A stretch of 64,000 nt of DNA from Naegleria gruberi (lineage: Eukaryota), in assembly GCA_000004985.1 (NCBI GenBank), contig GG738917.1, one strand, 5' to 3'. Below are positions 10,600-21,261 of this stretch, piece after piece (position 1 is the first letter of the stretch; every line of letters starts with the position of its first letter). The notes below the pieces were generated by a model. It worked only from the letters and a program-made list of their open reading frames with translations, did no database searches and had not been told where the DNA came from. A program made the translations under genes and the position numbers.

Positions 10600-13500
10600 C
10601 TACAATCTTTCTAATTCTTGAATTACTTGTTCTATGTTTGGTCTTTTGGACGGATAATGATTCCAACATTTGGTGATTAATTGAGTGATTGTCCAGTAGA
10701 TTTCTGCATTCTTTTCCTCATCAAATTCAATGCACCATTCTCTGCATGATTCCAAATCGTCGAATGGTATTTTTGGCCTTAAATTATCCTCACAAATAGA
10801 TCTGTGTAATAGCAATTGTGATGGATATTGATTTGGTTTTTCCATTCTTATTTTCCTTAAATAATTTTGATTGCTTGATGTGTAGGGATCGGTAGTTTCA
10901 AATAGAACTTGATATAAAATGATTGAGAAACTATAAATGTCGATGGCCTTAGCATCTGATCTTTCAATTTCCTTAATTGGCATGCTTACTTCAGGACTGT
11001 TGAAAATTAATGAACATCAATTATTATCAAATACTAACCTCATGTAATAGCATGTTCCAATGTGATTTGTGAGCGAAGAATAGGTATGCGTAGATAATAC
11101 TCTTCCCAATCCAAAATCACACAATTTACAAATGGAATGATTGTTGTGCAAGAGTACATTGGCTGGTTTTAAATCTCTGTGAACAATATAATTGGGTTGT
11201 AAATTGTGTAAATATGAAATTCCATAACAAATTTGTAGCAATAAATTCAATTTTTCTCTGATTGGACATTTCAAACTTTCATTTTGTAAATCAGACAAGA
11301 ATGATTCTAAACTTCCTTCCATACATTCCATAATAATGTATCTCTTAGTAACTCCACTAGAAATTCCATAAAAACTAATAATATTAGGGTGTCTTAATTT
11401 AGAGAGAATGGTCGCCTCTCTAAGGAAATCTTCTTCTGATATATTCATATTATTCAAATCGAATACCTTTACAGCAACTTGAATATTCTTCCAGGTTGAC
11501 TTGAAGACTGCTCCTATACCACCAGTACCCAATCTTTTGATGTTTTTATCGAGATTCAAATCTTGAAGAGGTATGAAGAATGATTCTTCCTTTTCATCTG
11601 TTAAGGAGGAGCTTGTTGAATGAGTAGTGAATGAAACATCCTCTGGTAAGAGCAATCTCTGATCCAATTGGATGTCAGTGTCAATAATTCTCTTTTGCCT
11701 ACGATATTTCGAAACAATGCAACCCAGTACAATAATAATTGCAGTAATGAAAATTATTAGAAATGAAAGAGATCCAAGAGTAGCTCCTAAAATCACATCT
11801 GAATTATCCAATTTTTGACATTGATCACCATGATAATTATTCTTACATTCACAATAGTCAGGCTCTAGGCATGTTCCTCTTCCACCACATACTGAATCAT
11901 CATTTGATGGTTTTCCAAAACAGAGTGGATATTGACATTCTCTTCCAGAATACTTTTTGGGAGTACATAAACATTGGTCCTTCTCTACACACTTTCCATT
12001 ATAAGAACCTCCACAAGAAGTGTTGGTTGGTTTTCCAAAACAAATTGGTTTTTCACAAACCATTCCAACGTAACCCTCCATGCATTTACAATTATCTGGA
12101 GAAAGACATTGACCTCTACCATTACAAACTTCTGGATTTAAACTATCCTTTCCGTAACAAAGTGGATATTTGCACTCATCTCCAATATAATTAGTACTAC
12201 AACTGCATTTGTTTGGATATAAACAATCACCATTACCTGAACATACAGAGCTATTGTAACTAGTCAATCCAAAACAAACTGGTGTACAGAGAGAGAAATT
12301 TGAATCAAGAGCGTAACCTAATGGACAACTAGGTACAAATTGTTGAATATAATTGATCTTTGCAGAATAGAGAATTCCTGTATCCTCATCCACAGTAAAA
12401 GCATGAGAGACATCCATTGCAACGGTGCGAATAGTTCCATCTTTGTGTGATATTTTCTTGACAGTATAACTGGTTATTGAAAAATAGTCAGCAAAGAAAA
12501 TATCTTCTGATTTTGTTACCTGAATGGATAGTGGATAGGTGAGTTGGGCATCTGTGGCCTTGATTCCATCCGCAATTATATTGCCACCTCCTGCAATGGT
12601 AGTAACGTATCCATTCGAAACCTTTCTTATTAGTCTATTACCAGTATCACCTATTTTCCAATATTATTAAATCTGGTATCGAGTAATTACTTACAGAAAT
12701 AAAAATCATTCTCATTAAGAGATGAAACTGCCATATTGGATGGCAAATTCAATAGGGCATCTTCATTTCTGACCTTATTTCCATTAAATCCAAATCCTTT
12801 TCCAACAATTGTACTAACTATTCCTTCAATACTAATTTTTCTAATGAGGTGGTTATAAAAATCTGCAAATATAATTTCTCCTTTTGAATTTGAAAAAGCT
12901 CCTCCTACCTTAGCAACAGCATCCAATGATTTTCCATAATCACCTATACCTCCTGCTACAGTAAGTGCTGAAAATGCTAGACTTCTTAAATCTAGGGATA
13001 ATAATCTCACTCTATTATTTGAACTATCTGAAATGTATATAGAATCTGAGTCTATGAACAATCCTTTAGGATTGAAAAACTTAATATTGTATGATGTAGA
13101 AGAATCTCCATTGTAGCCACTCTCTCCCGTTCCAATTACCATTGTTCTACCAGTAGTTGGGCTATATGAAATAATCCTTGAATTGTAAGAGTCAGCAATA
13201 ACTATTGCACTGCCATCCACTACAACTGCATGAGGATAAGATAATGATTTTAGATTCAAAAGCACTGATTTACCAGAATTAGCTCCAAATACAGTAGTTA
13301 ATTGATTGGTTATTAAATTGAAACGCTTGATTTTGTGATTGTTTGTATCGGCAATCATCAAATCAGGATAATTAACATGAATACCTTTTGGTGAATTCAA
13401 TTCTATTTCAGTAAGATCATTACTCTGTACAGTATCACCAGGAGTTCCAACACCTACAATGTTTAACAGCTTTGGATTAAGAAAGGTAGTTGCAACAATT

Positions 13501-15200
13501 CTATTATGTAATGTATCTGCTATAAAAAGGTGAGTAGAATTAAAGCTCAATCCATAAGGACCTTTAAGAGGAGATAAACTACTACCACATATTCCAACAA
13601 AATTAGATAGTGTTCCATTCTTAATTTGTCTAATGCAATGATTATCTGTGTCAGATATATAAATATCACCATTTTTCAAAACAACAATACCATTAGGATT
13701 GCTTAAATAGGACAACAAGGGATCACCAATTAAAGAGTAACCACTAATTCCTGTTCCTGCAACGTTAACCACAAAACCATCTTGTGTAATTTTTCGTATT
13801 CTATGATTTTGAGAATCAGCAAAATAAATTTCACCATTTTGTTTAAATATTCCTGTGGGATGGTTGAGTGTAGAAATATTGGAAGGAACATTATTACTTT
13901 TTTCAACGTGCTCATAATAGGCCACATAGTCACAAAGCATATTCTCTGATTCTAGGAAATTCAATTTTGAAAGAGCATCTTGACTGATAATAAGTAAAGA
14001 ATTATCATTCCTATTCTTGAAGAATTGACCAACAGAAAATGCTCTATTATTCGTGTCACTACATGTAGATTGATAGGAAAGAGTGTTCACAACTTGCTTC
14101 TCAAATGAGTAAGTTCTTAAACTTTGTAAATCAGATATGACCATTTCTTTGGGACCATCAACTGTTCGTCTCATCATTGACATGGAATAGATTGCAGTAA
14201 ATGTGAAATTATTTACATTTGCTCCCTCAATTGCAGCTCCTCCCAGAGTTAAAAAACCTTGAGAGATTCCATTTTCCACTTTAGTCACATTATTATATCC
14301 ACAATAAAATAGTTGTTTTGAATCATCGAGTGATACTAAACAAGGTCTTTCAATATTTACAAATTGAGGCGCATTGGGAGCATCAATGGAAGGATATTCT
14401 ACAAAATTGTATTCATTGCAAGCTGGTGAAGATGCATTACACTGTATATATGCATAATTTGGATAAATATAAATAATAAAGTGTAATGTTTTTTCTGATG
14501 TAATTGAATTTTTAGAAACACGTAATCGATAAAGCATATCAACAGTACGAATGTTCCTCTTTTCTGATAAATCCAATACTGAAAGTATTTTAACTGAGCT
14601 ACGTTGAGTTCCCAAATATAGCTCATTATCCATTAATTCAATTTCGTGTATTTCATCTTGATTCAATGTAGTAAATTGACTCGTCGTTCTATTTAATGTC
14701 ATGTTAAATATCTTTACAATAGATGAACCATTTGCAATAATAAACGAATCCTCATAAATAACAAAATCCATATTTACAATATTTCCAGTATAGTAAACAG
14801 TTGTATTTCCTCTCTCGGGAGATAACATGATGATTTTATCTGAAATTGACATGCCAATCACTTCATTTCCCTCACCAATTTGATGCACCACTAAATTTGA
14901 TTGTAAATCACATCCAATTCCAAAATCTCCAACACTAAATATTTCCCCTGTCAATGTATGAAATTTGTTCAATTTTGAGGAACTATCGGAAACAAAATAA
15001 ATAAACGACTTGTGCAAAATTGATGGTGCCATCAATTGTACAGGTAATGTAATTAGTGAAATGTTTGGTAAATTTCCAAGTCGAGTGCCACTATTTTGAT
15101 AAATTGGATGAAGAAATGTGTCCAGTGAGTGGACCTCACCAACCAAAACCACACACAAGAAGAAAATCACAAAAGTGGTTGTGAATGATCTTGTTGGCAT
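10600..15200 (-). CDS. receptor-type protein kinase (signal peptide, NHL-repeat beta-propeller, EGF-like Cys-rich repeats, TM, Ser/Thr-type kinase), about 1500 aa, 3 exons: 15200..12695, 12650..11039, 10996..10600
   Basis: N-terminal signal peptide MPTRSFTTTFVIFFLCVVLVGEVHS. Many NHL-type repeats (DSQNHRIRKI, DTDNHCIRQI, DTLHNRIVAT, DTNNHKIKRF, DSYNSRIISY, DSSNNRVRLL, DFYNHLIRKI, DTGNRLIRKV). These are followed by 4-5 EGF-like 6-Cys modules (C-x-G-x-G-x-C-x-x-x-x-x-C-x-C-x-x-x-Y-x-G-x-x-C), a TM helix (LGATLGSLSFLIIFITAIIIVLGCIV), and a kinase domain (GTGGIGAVFKS ... VAVK, HRDLKPANVLL, CDFGL, YMSPEV). Introns: GTAAGT at 12694-12689 with acceptor at 12652-12651, which rejoins an NHL repeat in frame; GTTAGT at 11038-11033 with acceptor CAG at 10999-10997, which restores the Y-M-S-P-E motif. 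Confidence 0.75.
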
Positions 15201-15664
15201 TTTTTTACGGTACTAAAATTGGAAGATTACTGCCCGTTCACTCCGATCAAATTTCTCACAAGGTTTATTGTAGTTATTAGAAAATCATAATTAATATCAT
15301 AAATTTAAATTACTAATCTATTATCATGTCATATCAAATTATTCCATTAAAAATGAGCAAACGAAATAGACAAGATTTTCAAAGTCATCATCAATTAATT
15401 AATTATTCGGAGGAGGAAATATTCACTAACAATAGAAGTTGTGAAACTCCAATAAGAAATATTTTCAGATGATGTTTGTTTTGAAATAATTTCCATGATT
15501 GATGATTCGTGGTTTATTTTGAATAATTGTTCCTTGATTTCAAAACAATTCTTTAATGTGATCAAGGAACGTTCAAAACTTGTTATTCAATTTAAAAAAA
15601 AATTTACAGAGAAAAGAGTTGAATTACTCATGAAAAGTCAATTTATGAAGATGTTGAATTTTCT

Positions 15665-15877
15665 AGCAATTTGCTTGACTCTATAGAAACAACCAAATTC
15701 ATAAGTGAAATGAAACAATTAACATCACTTAATATTAATTACAATCAAATTGGTGATGAAGGAGCTAAATACTTAGGTGAAATGAAACAATAAACATTAC
15801 TTAATATTTCTTAAAATGAAATTGGTGATGAAGGAGCCAAACTTATAAGTGAAATGAAACAATCACTAGAAAAATAA
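15665..15877 (+). pseudogene. RNI-like leucine-rich-repeat gene fragment (copy A, carries an in-frame stop)
   Basis: 24-aa repeats LTSLNINYNQIGDEGAKYLGEMKQ with an internal TAA. No upstream coding body. Confidence 0.55.
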
Positions 15878-15917
15878 CCTGTTTAGAGATTGTAATTATT
15901 ATTATTGGTGTACAACT

Positions 15918-16552
15918 TTAATTTTGGTGCATTTTACAGTATTCAAGCAGAGAAGGAACTTCAGTGAGAGAAAGAATCTCACAAATCTTTGGCAATACCA
16001 CAAGTGAATAAAACTCAACAAACGGCCTTGAATGAACTGAAACACTTGTCGAATATGGAATTGGATTGTTGAAAGAAAGATTTTCATCAATTTCACATTT
16101 TTCACAAATTCTCCAAGTGTCAGGCTGTGAACCAGCTTTGTCCATAGCTGAGCCAAAATGTTTCAAACAAGTTGAACATCTTACAAACTCTCCACCAGTA
16201 TGGACTGCGTGAAACTCAATCAGTGTGTATCCTTTAATGTGATACACTTTGGAGAATTTAGAAATCATAACACCACCAGAACTTCCAAAAATTAAACTTT
16301 CAGAACTGGCTAAACACTCTTGGTTGGACTTATCGTAACAAAAGTCTTCAACTTTTTCTACAAGTCCATTTTGAGTGAAATCATAGGGGTGAAGTATCTT
16401 TCCAACACTTGCACACAATGTTCCATAACCATTGAAGATATTGTCCTTCAAGAAGGATTCACTTGGAGCCCAGTCTACATAATTCTGACTGCTAGAGAAA
16501 GGAGAAGGTTTATTCTCGTCTCCTGGATACGAAAGGGTAATATTTCGTCATT
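15918..16552 (-). pseudogene. trypsin-like serine protease, partial duplicate copy (C-terminal half, truncated by gap)
   Basis: Identical to the 3' half of the 17253..18101 gene (GSSGGVMISKF ... CEKCEIDENLSF). It extends upstream into sequence that lies inside the gap of copy B. Confidence 0.6.
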
Positions 16553-16602
16553 NNNNNNNNNNNNNNNNNNNNNNNNNNNNNNNNNNNNNNNNNNNNNNNN
16601 NN
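16553..16602. other. assembly gap (50 N)
   Basis: Run of N. Confidence 0.99.
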
Positions 16603-16924
16603 TTAATTACTAATCTATTATCATGTCATATCAAATCAGAAAAAATTATTCCTTGAAAAAATGAGCAAACGAAATAGACAAGATTTTCAAAATCATCAAT
16701 TAATTAATTAATTATTCGGAGGAGGAAATATTCACTAACAATAATATATACGGAAGAGGAAGTTGTGAAACTCCAACAAGAAATATTTTCAGATGATGTT
16801 TGTTTTGAAATAATTTCCATGATTGATGATTCGTGGTTATTCAATTTAAAAAAAATTTACAGAGAAAAGAGTTGAATTACTCATGAAAAGTCAATTTATG
16901 AATGGCATTGTTGATGTTGAATTT

Positions 16925-17210
16925 TCTAGCAATTTGCTTGACTCTATAGAAACAACCAAATTCATAAGTGATGAAACAATTAACATCACTTAATATTAAT
17001 TACAATCAAATTGGTGATGAAGGAGCTAAATACTTAGGTGAAATGAAACAATTAACATCACTTGATATTAATTACAATCAAATTGGTGATGAAGGAGCCA
17101 AATTTATAAGTGGAATGAAACAATTAACATCACTTAATATTTCTGAAAATCAAATTGGTCATGAAGGAGCCAAATTTATTAGTGAAATGAAACAATCACT
17201 AGAAAAATAA
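16925..17210 (+). pseudogene. RNI-like leucine-rich-repeat gene fragment (copy B, intact 80-aa ORF 16968..17210)
   Basis: Three tandem LRR units NxNQIGDEGAKxISEMKQLTSL. It has a 2-nt difference relative to copy A. Confidence 0.5.
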
Positions 17211-17252
17211 CCTGTTTAGAGATTGTAATTATTATTATTGGTGTACAAGACT

Positions 17253-18101
17253 TTAATTTTGGTGCATTTTACAGTATTCAAGCAGAGAAGGAACTTCAGT
17301 GAGAGAAAGAATCTCACAAATCTTTGGCAATACCACAAGTGAATAAAACTCAACAAACGGCCTTGAATGAACTGAAACACTTGTCGAATATGGAATTGGA
17401 TTGTTGAAAGAAAGATTTTCATCAATTTCACATTTTTCACAAATTCTCCAAGTGTCAGGCTGTGAACCAGCTTTGTCCATAGCTGAGCCAAAATGTTTCA
17501 AACAAGTTGAACATCTTACAAACTCTCCACCAGTATGGACTGCGTGAAACTCAATCAGTGTGTATCCTTTAATGTGATACACTTTGGAGAATTTAGAAAT
17601 CATAACACCACCAGAACTTCCAAAAATTAAACTTTCAGAACTGGCTAAACACTCTTGGTTGGACTTATCGTAANNNNNNNNNNNNNNNNNNNNNNNNNNN
17701 NNNNNNNNNNNNNNNNNNNNNNNCGTCATTTGGTTGCAAATTCGTGGTGAGGGTATGAAAAACACCTTATTTGGAGAACCAGAGAAATTCATTGCTGTAA
17801 TATCAAAGAAATCAAAGTTTCCTACAGTGGTAGTAATTGGATCTCTACCAACCCAATTTTGGGTAACTGGAAACGATTTTTCCATTTGGAAATATTTGAT
17901 TGCTTTTCCTGAAAACAAAGTTTCTAACTTTTTTGGCATTCCTGAGATTGTACTGTTAATATTCCATGAGTTGCTGTACGCATTTACCTTACCAATGGAT
18001 TCAATCTCATTAGCAACGTGGCTGTTTGTAATAATTGTGTTGGGAAGAATGTAAAATCCTGATCCTGAAGCCGTTTTAGTGATCTCACCAAGTTTCTTCA
18101 T
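17253..18101 (-). CDS. trypsin-like (PA-clan, S1-type) serine protease; contains assembly gap 17674-17723
   Basis: His motif GSGFYILPNTIITNSHV, Ser motif GSSGGVMI (GDSGG-like), and a C-terminal C-x-x-C ... C-x-x-C region. There is no obvious signal peptide from the first Met. The upstream frame stays open to about 18186. Confidence 0.65.
   Translation of the reverse strand: MKKLGEITKTASGSGFYILPNTIITNSHVANEIESIGKVNAYSNSWNINSTISGMPKKLETLFSGKAIKYFQMEKSFPVTQNWVGRDPITTTVGNFDFFDITAMNFSGSPNKVFFIPSPRICNQMTXXXXXXXXXXXXXXXXXYDKSNQECLASSESLIFGSSGGVMISKFSKVYHIKGYTLIEFHAVHTGGEFVRCSTCLKHFGSAMDKAGSQPDTWRICEKCEIDENLSFNNPIPYSTSVSVHSRPFVEFYSLVVLPKICEILSLTEVPSLLEYCKMHQN
17674..17723. other. assembly gap (50 N)
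   Basis: Run of N. Confidence 0.99.
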
Positions 18102-18185
18102 GGAGAATAATCTAACAACAGCACTAGCACCTTCCGAAGCACTTTCTAATGCTTTGAGATTATCAAAATATTCTACAATGACTTT

Positions 18186-18360
18186 CAGTTAGGTGGCGTC
18201 CAAGTCGGCTGTTTATACCAAAAGACATTGAAGCAGGCATTTGGTGGATAATGTTCCTTACCAGGAGTCCTCTGGGAAGAAGTATTCTCACAAACCTCCT
18301 CCCCAGTTCGAGGAATATAACAGGTAACCACTTCAAGACGCTCTCTGACGAATCTCATTT
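18186..18360 (+). ncRNA. candidate small Pol-III-type ncRNA (about 175 nt GC-rich island ending in T8)
   Basis: Local GC of about 50% in a background of about 25% intergenic GC. It ends in TCTCATTTTTTTT. It contains a B-box-like CCAGTTCGAGG and a CTGA near the 3' end. There is no ORF. The class was not identified. Confidence 0.25.
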
Positions 18361-18770
18361 TTTTTAAGGTTACTTATTAATTGTACAAGTTCTGTAAGTT
18401 TTTTTTGGTTTTCACACAATTTATTTTCTTGTAGTGATTGTTTGGATATCTATCTTGGTAATTGTGTTGTTATTTTTTAAAACCTATTTGTATATCCTTA
18501 TTTAGAATCCTCAGCTTTGACCTCATTTTTTATGAGCTAGTCTTTTAAAATATTCCATAAAAAACGAGTAAAATTTATTCATTATTTTTAGTTCATACTG
18601 TCGATAGTTTAGATATCTTACTTGAACATTGTGTTTTTATTTTTTTATTATTCAATTTCCTTTTTTTAGAAGCCTCAGAGTTATGTCACATTCAAAAAGT
18701 TATTCCCAATAATCTGCTCCAGTGGAAACGAATGATTTGCTGATTGATCAGAAATTACATTACAAATACT

Positions 18771-20597
18771 TTACATTGATCTCTTTATTTCGTCATCAAC
18801 GATTAAGCCCCACTTTCCTTTGTGTGTTATCCAAGTAATCTTTCTTCCTTCGAGAGCCATTTTGGCATATTTTGTCTTTTTGTCCTTGTTTTGTTCGATA
18901 TAAACAATTTCTCCAATACGAACAAATCTACAGGCACCATCATTAGTTGTAATTTCATATTCAGAACCCTTAATTGTGACTGATGAAATTGTTGAGTTGT
19001 GGATAGCTTCGTGAATAGTTTTCAATTCCTCATCTGTCAATTCTTCGCCTTCAGGTCTGACAATTGCTGAATCAGAAGATTGTAAATGTTGTTGCATGTC
19101 TGGATTGACCATTTGGAATTCACCTGCTTCTCTATAACACAAACCTAAGAACATTGATTGCATAGAGTCCATATCCTTTAGTTCAAATCTCTTACCACCA
19201 GTTTCATCAGCAAGATATTGATAGAATTGATCAGCATGAGGTCTTGCCTGACATTGTACAGAGTGAATTTTGATGTGATAGTCATTAAATAATGATTGAC
19301 ATTCTTCTTGCCAGTCAATCTTGAAATATTCTGTTGCTGTGTGTGGAACTTCATCTCCAATCATAACCAAACATCTTTGAGTGAAAGCATTGTCCTTTGG
19401 AGTCCAACTTAATGTTTTTGCTTCTTTTAGAGCTAATTCATAACATTCTGCTGGGTCTAAACCACCAGTACCTTTCAAAGATTGAACAAAACTAACTATT
19501 TGTTCAATATCATTTGAAAAGTCTAATTTCTTCATCACATAGAATAAACTTGAATCGGCATAATCTCCGTGAGCAATTAAAGAAATGAAAAGTCCAGGAA
19601 CATCCTGTAATAATTTTTCACACATATTTTGCAACTTCCATTTCAAATCATCAATAATATTAATTTGTGAACCTGTAGTATCAAAGACAAAACAAATTTG
19701 AATAGCAGGTGTTTCATCAGCTGTCTTGAAAGTTCTATTTCCTTCAATGAAATAACATCCTTGTAAAACTTCCTTTAAAGTCATCTTCTTTGTTACAAGA
19801 GCATTGGTATCAAAATATTCACATTCTTCAGTTGGTAAATTGGAAATAGCCCAATGTGATGCATCAACATCACCTCTCTTGTATTCATTACCAGGTGTTT
19901 TTGCTAACAATCTTCTCAGTGCTTCTTCGTAATCAATGTGAGAACTTTGATATTCAGAGTATCTATTACCAGGAGTTCTTGTAGTAGTTGTGTGACTATC
20001 ATCTCTTGGTAAATTTGTGAGTGAAATATTTGTTGGTCTGGAAGGAGTTGCTCTTGATGGAGTAGAAGATGATGATGCTGCTGCACTACTACCAGTTGCA
20101 CGAGGAGTTACTTTCTTTGCCTTTTTGACTGGTGTCTTTTTTGGTGTAACAATTCTTTCTTCTTCACTTTCAGAAGAAGAAGAAGATTCGTCTTCACTTT
20201 CGGCTTTTCTCTTTGGTGTAGCTTTCTTCTTTGGTGTTGAAGATGAGCCTGTCTTTTTCTTTGGTGTGGATGATGAAGATGATGATGTTGCAGCCTTGTT
20301 CAATTGTCTCAAATCAATTTCACCCACTTCATAATCTTCCAAATATTCTGGCAATTTACCTCTGTTCGATCTACTAGGTGTTGTTCTTTTTTCTACAGTA
20401 GGTGTTTTCCTCTTGGAAGTAGTAGCCTTCTTCTTCTTTGGTGTTGTGGAAGTTGTTGTTGTTGTTTCCTCTCCATCATCAACCATTTGATCAGCAGCTG
20501 ATGATGATGAGGCTGCAGCGTTGTTGTTTTCTAGTTCTTCTTCATCGTGATGAGATGAAGTTGCTTGTTGTTTTGGATCACTTGAAGAGTCAGCCAT
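18771..20597 (-). CDS. von Willebrand factor A (vWA) domain protein with K/S/T-rich basic N-terminal region (608 aa)
   Basis: N-terminal 230 aa are low-complexity (KKK, TPKKK, SSSS). A vWA-like core follows, with a DxSxS-type motif ICFVFDTTGSQ and downstream hydrophobic beta-strands. Single exon. Confidence 0.65.
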   Translation of the reverse strand: MADSSSDPKQQATSSHHDEEELENNNAAASSSSAADQMVDDGEETTTTTSTTPKKKKATTSKRKTPTVEKRTTPSRSNRGKLPEYLEDYEVGEIDLRQLNKAATSSSSSSTPKKKTGSSSTPKKKATPKRKAESEDESSSSSESEEERIVTPKKTPVKKAKKVTPRATGSSAAASSSSTPSRATPSRPTNISLTNLPRDDSHTTTTRTPGNRYSEYQSSHIDYEEALRRLLAKTPGNEYKRGDVDASHWAISNLPTEECEYFDTNALVTKKMTLKEVLQGCYFIEGNRTFKTADETPAIQICFVFDTTGSQINIIDDLKWKLQNMCEKLLQDVPGLFISLIAHGDYADSSLFYVMKKLDFSNDIEQIVSFVQSLKGTGGLDPAECYELALKEAKTLSWTPKDNAFTQRCLVMIGDEVPHTATEYFKIDWQEECQSLFNDYHIKIHSVQCQARPHADQFYQYLADETGGKRFELKDMDSMQSMFLGLCYREAGEFQMVNPDMQQHLQSSDSAIVRPEGEELTDEELKTIHEAIHNSTISSVTIKGSEYEITTNDGACRFVRIGEIVYIEQNKDKKTKYAKMALEGRKITWITHKGKWGLIVDDEIKRSM

Positions 20598-21261
20598 TAT
20601 TATTGTTATTAATTGTTGTCTTTACACTATTACTACAGGGCGATAATTGTGTTGTTATCTGATGATGAACCTAGATTACAATATATTGTTGTCTCTTCAG
20701 CAAAAAATGGATTTGATGAATTTTTTTTGATTTTTATTTTTAACTTCTGTTTGAGTATTTCTTCAAAAGAGAGGAATTCAATAAATTGATGGAAATCACT
20801 CCTCAATATATAAAACGAAGTACAACTGTCATCAAGCAGCAATTTGATAAAGAAAAAGCATACTTCTTGTTCAAAAAATTGTGAAATTCATTTTCCATAA
20901 TTTAGACAAATTCTGAAACAAGGTTAATTCAATTTCGAATTGAAAATACATATTAAAACCCAATTAGATAAATGAGAGATCTTTAGCAGAGGCTGTGGAC
21001 TTGTCTTTTGAAATGACATTGAATCACCACACTCCCCAACCATTGGTTAGAAGATGAAGAGTTTTGATTGTAAAGCGTGATGGTCCATTTCCCAAAAACA
21101 AAAATTCTCCATTTTGTTACATTAATTATCCAAAATGAAAAATTTTCCACATCCAAAATAGTATGTGGAAGCGGAATCAGTTTTTTGTTCGAATCGAACA
21201 TTTCATTAGTTTTAAAAGCCGACCTGCTCTGAATTACTTGAGAATCAACAAGTAAAAGAAA

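Larger units (their letters stand above)
15290..17674. repeat. tandem duplication (unit about 1313 bp, at least 2 copies, interrupted by assembly gaps) carrying an LRR gene fragment plus the 3' half of a serine protease gene
   Basis: 15290-16552 is near-identical to 16603-17674 (offset 1313-1314 bp). The ORFs at 15902-16156 and 17216-17491 have identical translations. N-gaps at 16553-16602 and 17674-17723 mark where the copies were collapsed in assembly. Confidence 0.85.

Noticed and set aside
15495-15686. 63-aa ORF within the tandem repeat unit
   Set aside because: AT-rich spacer sequence and no conservation of the frame between repeat copies (2-nt indel). Likely spurious.
16553-16602. Runs of 50 N (also at 17674-17723, 32682-32731 and 52101-52150)
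   Set aside because: Fixed-length scaffold gaps from assembly, not biological features. The X-strings in ORF translations derive from them.
20017-20662. ORFs on the + strand (20017..20334, 20304..20501, 20438..20662)
   Set aside because: They are antisense to the low-complexity N-terminal region of the vWA gene, with repetitive translations (FFFGV, LLLL). These are shadow ORFs.
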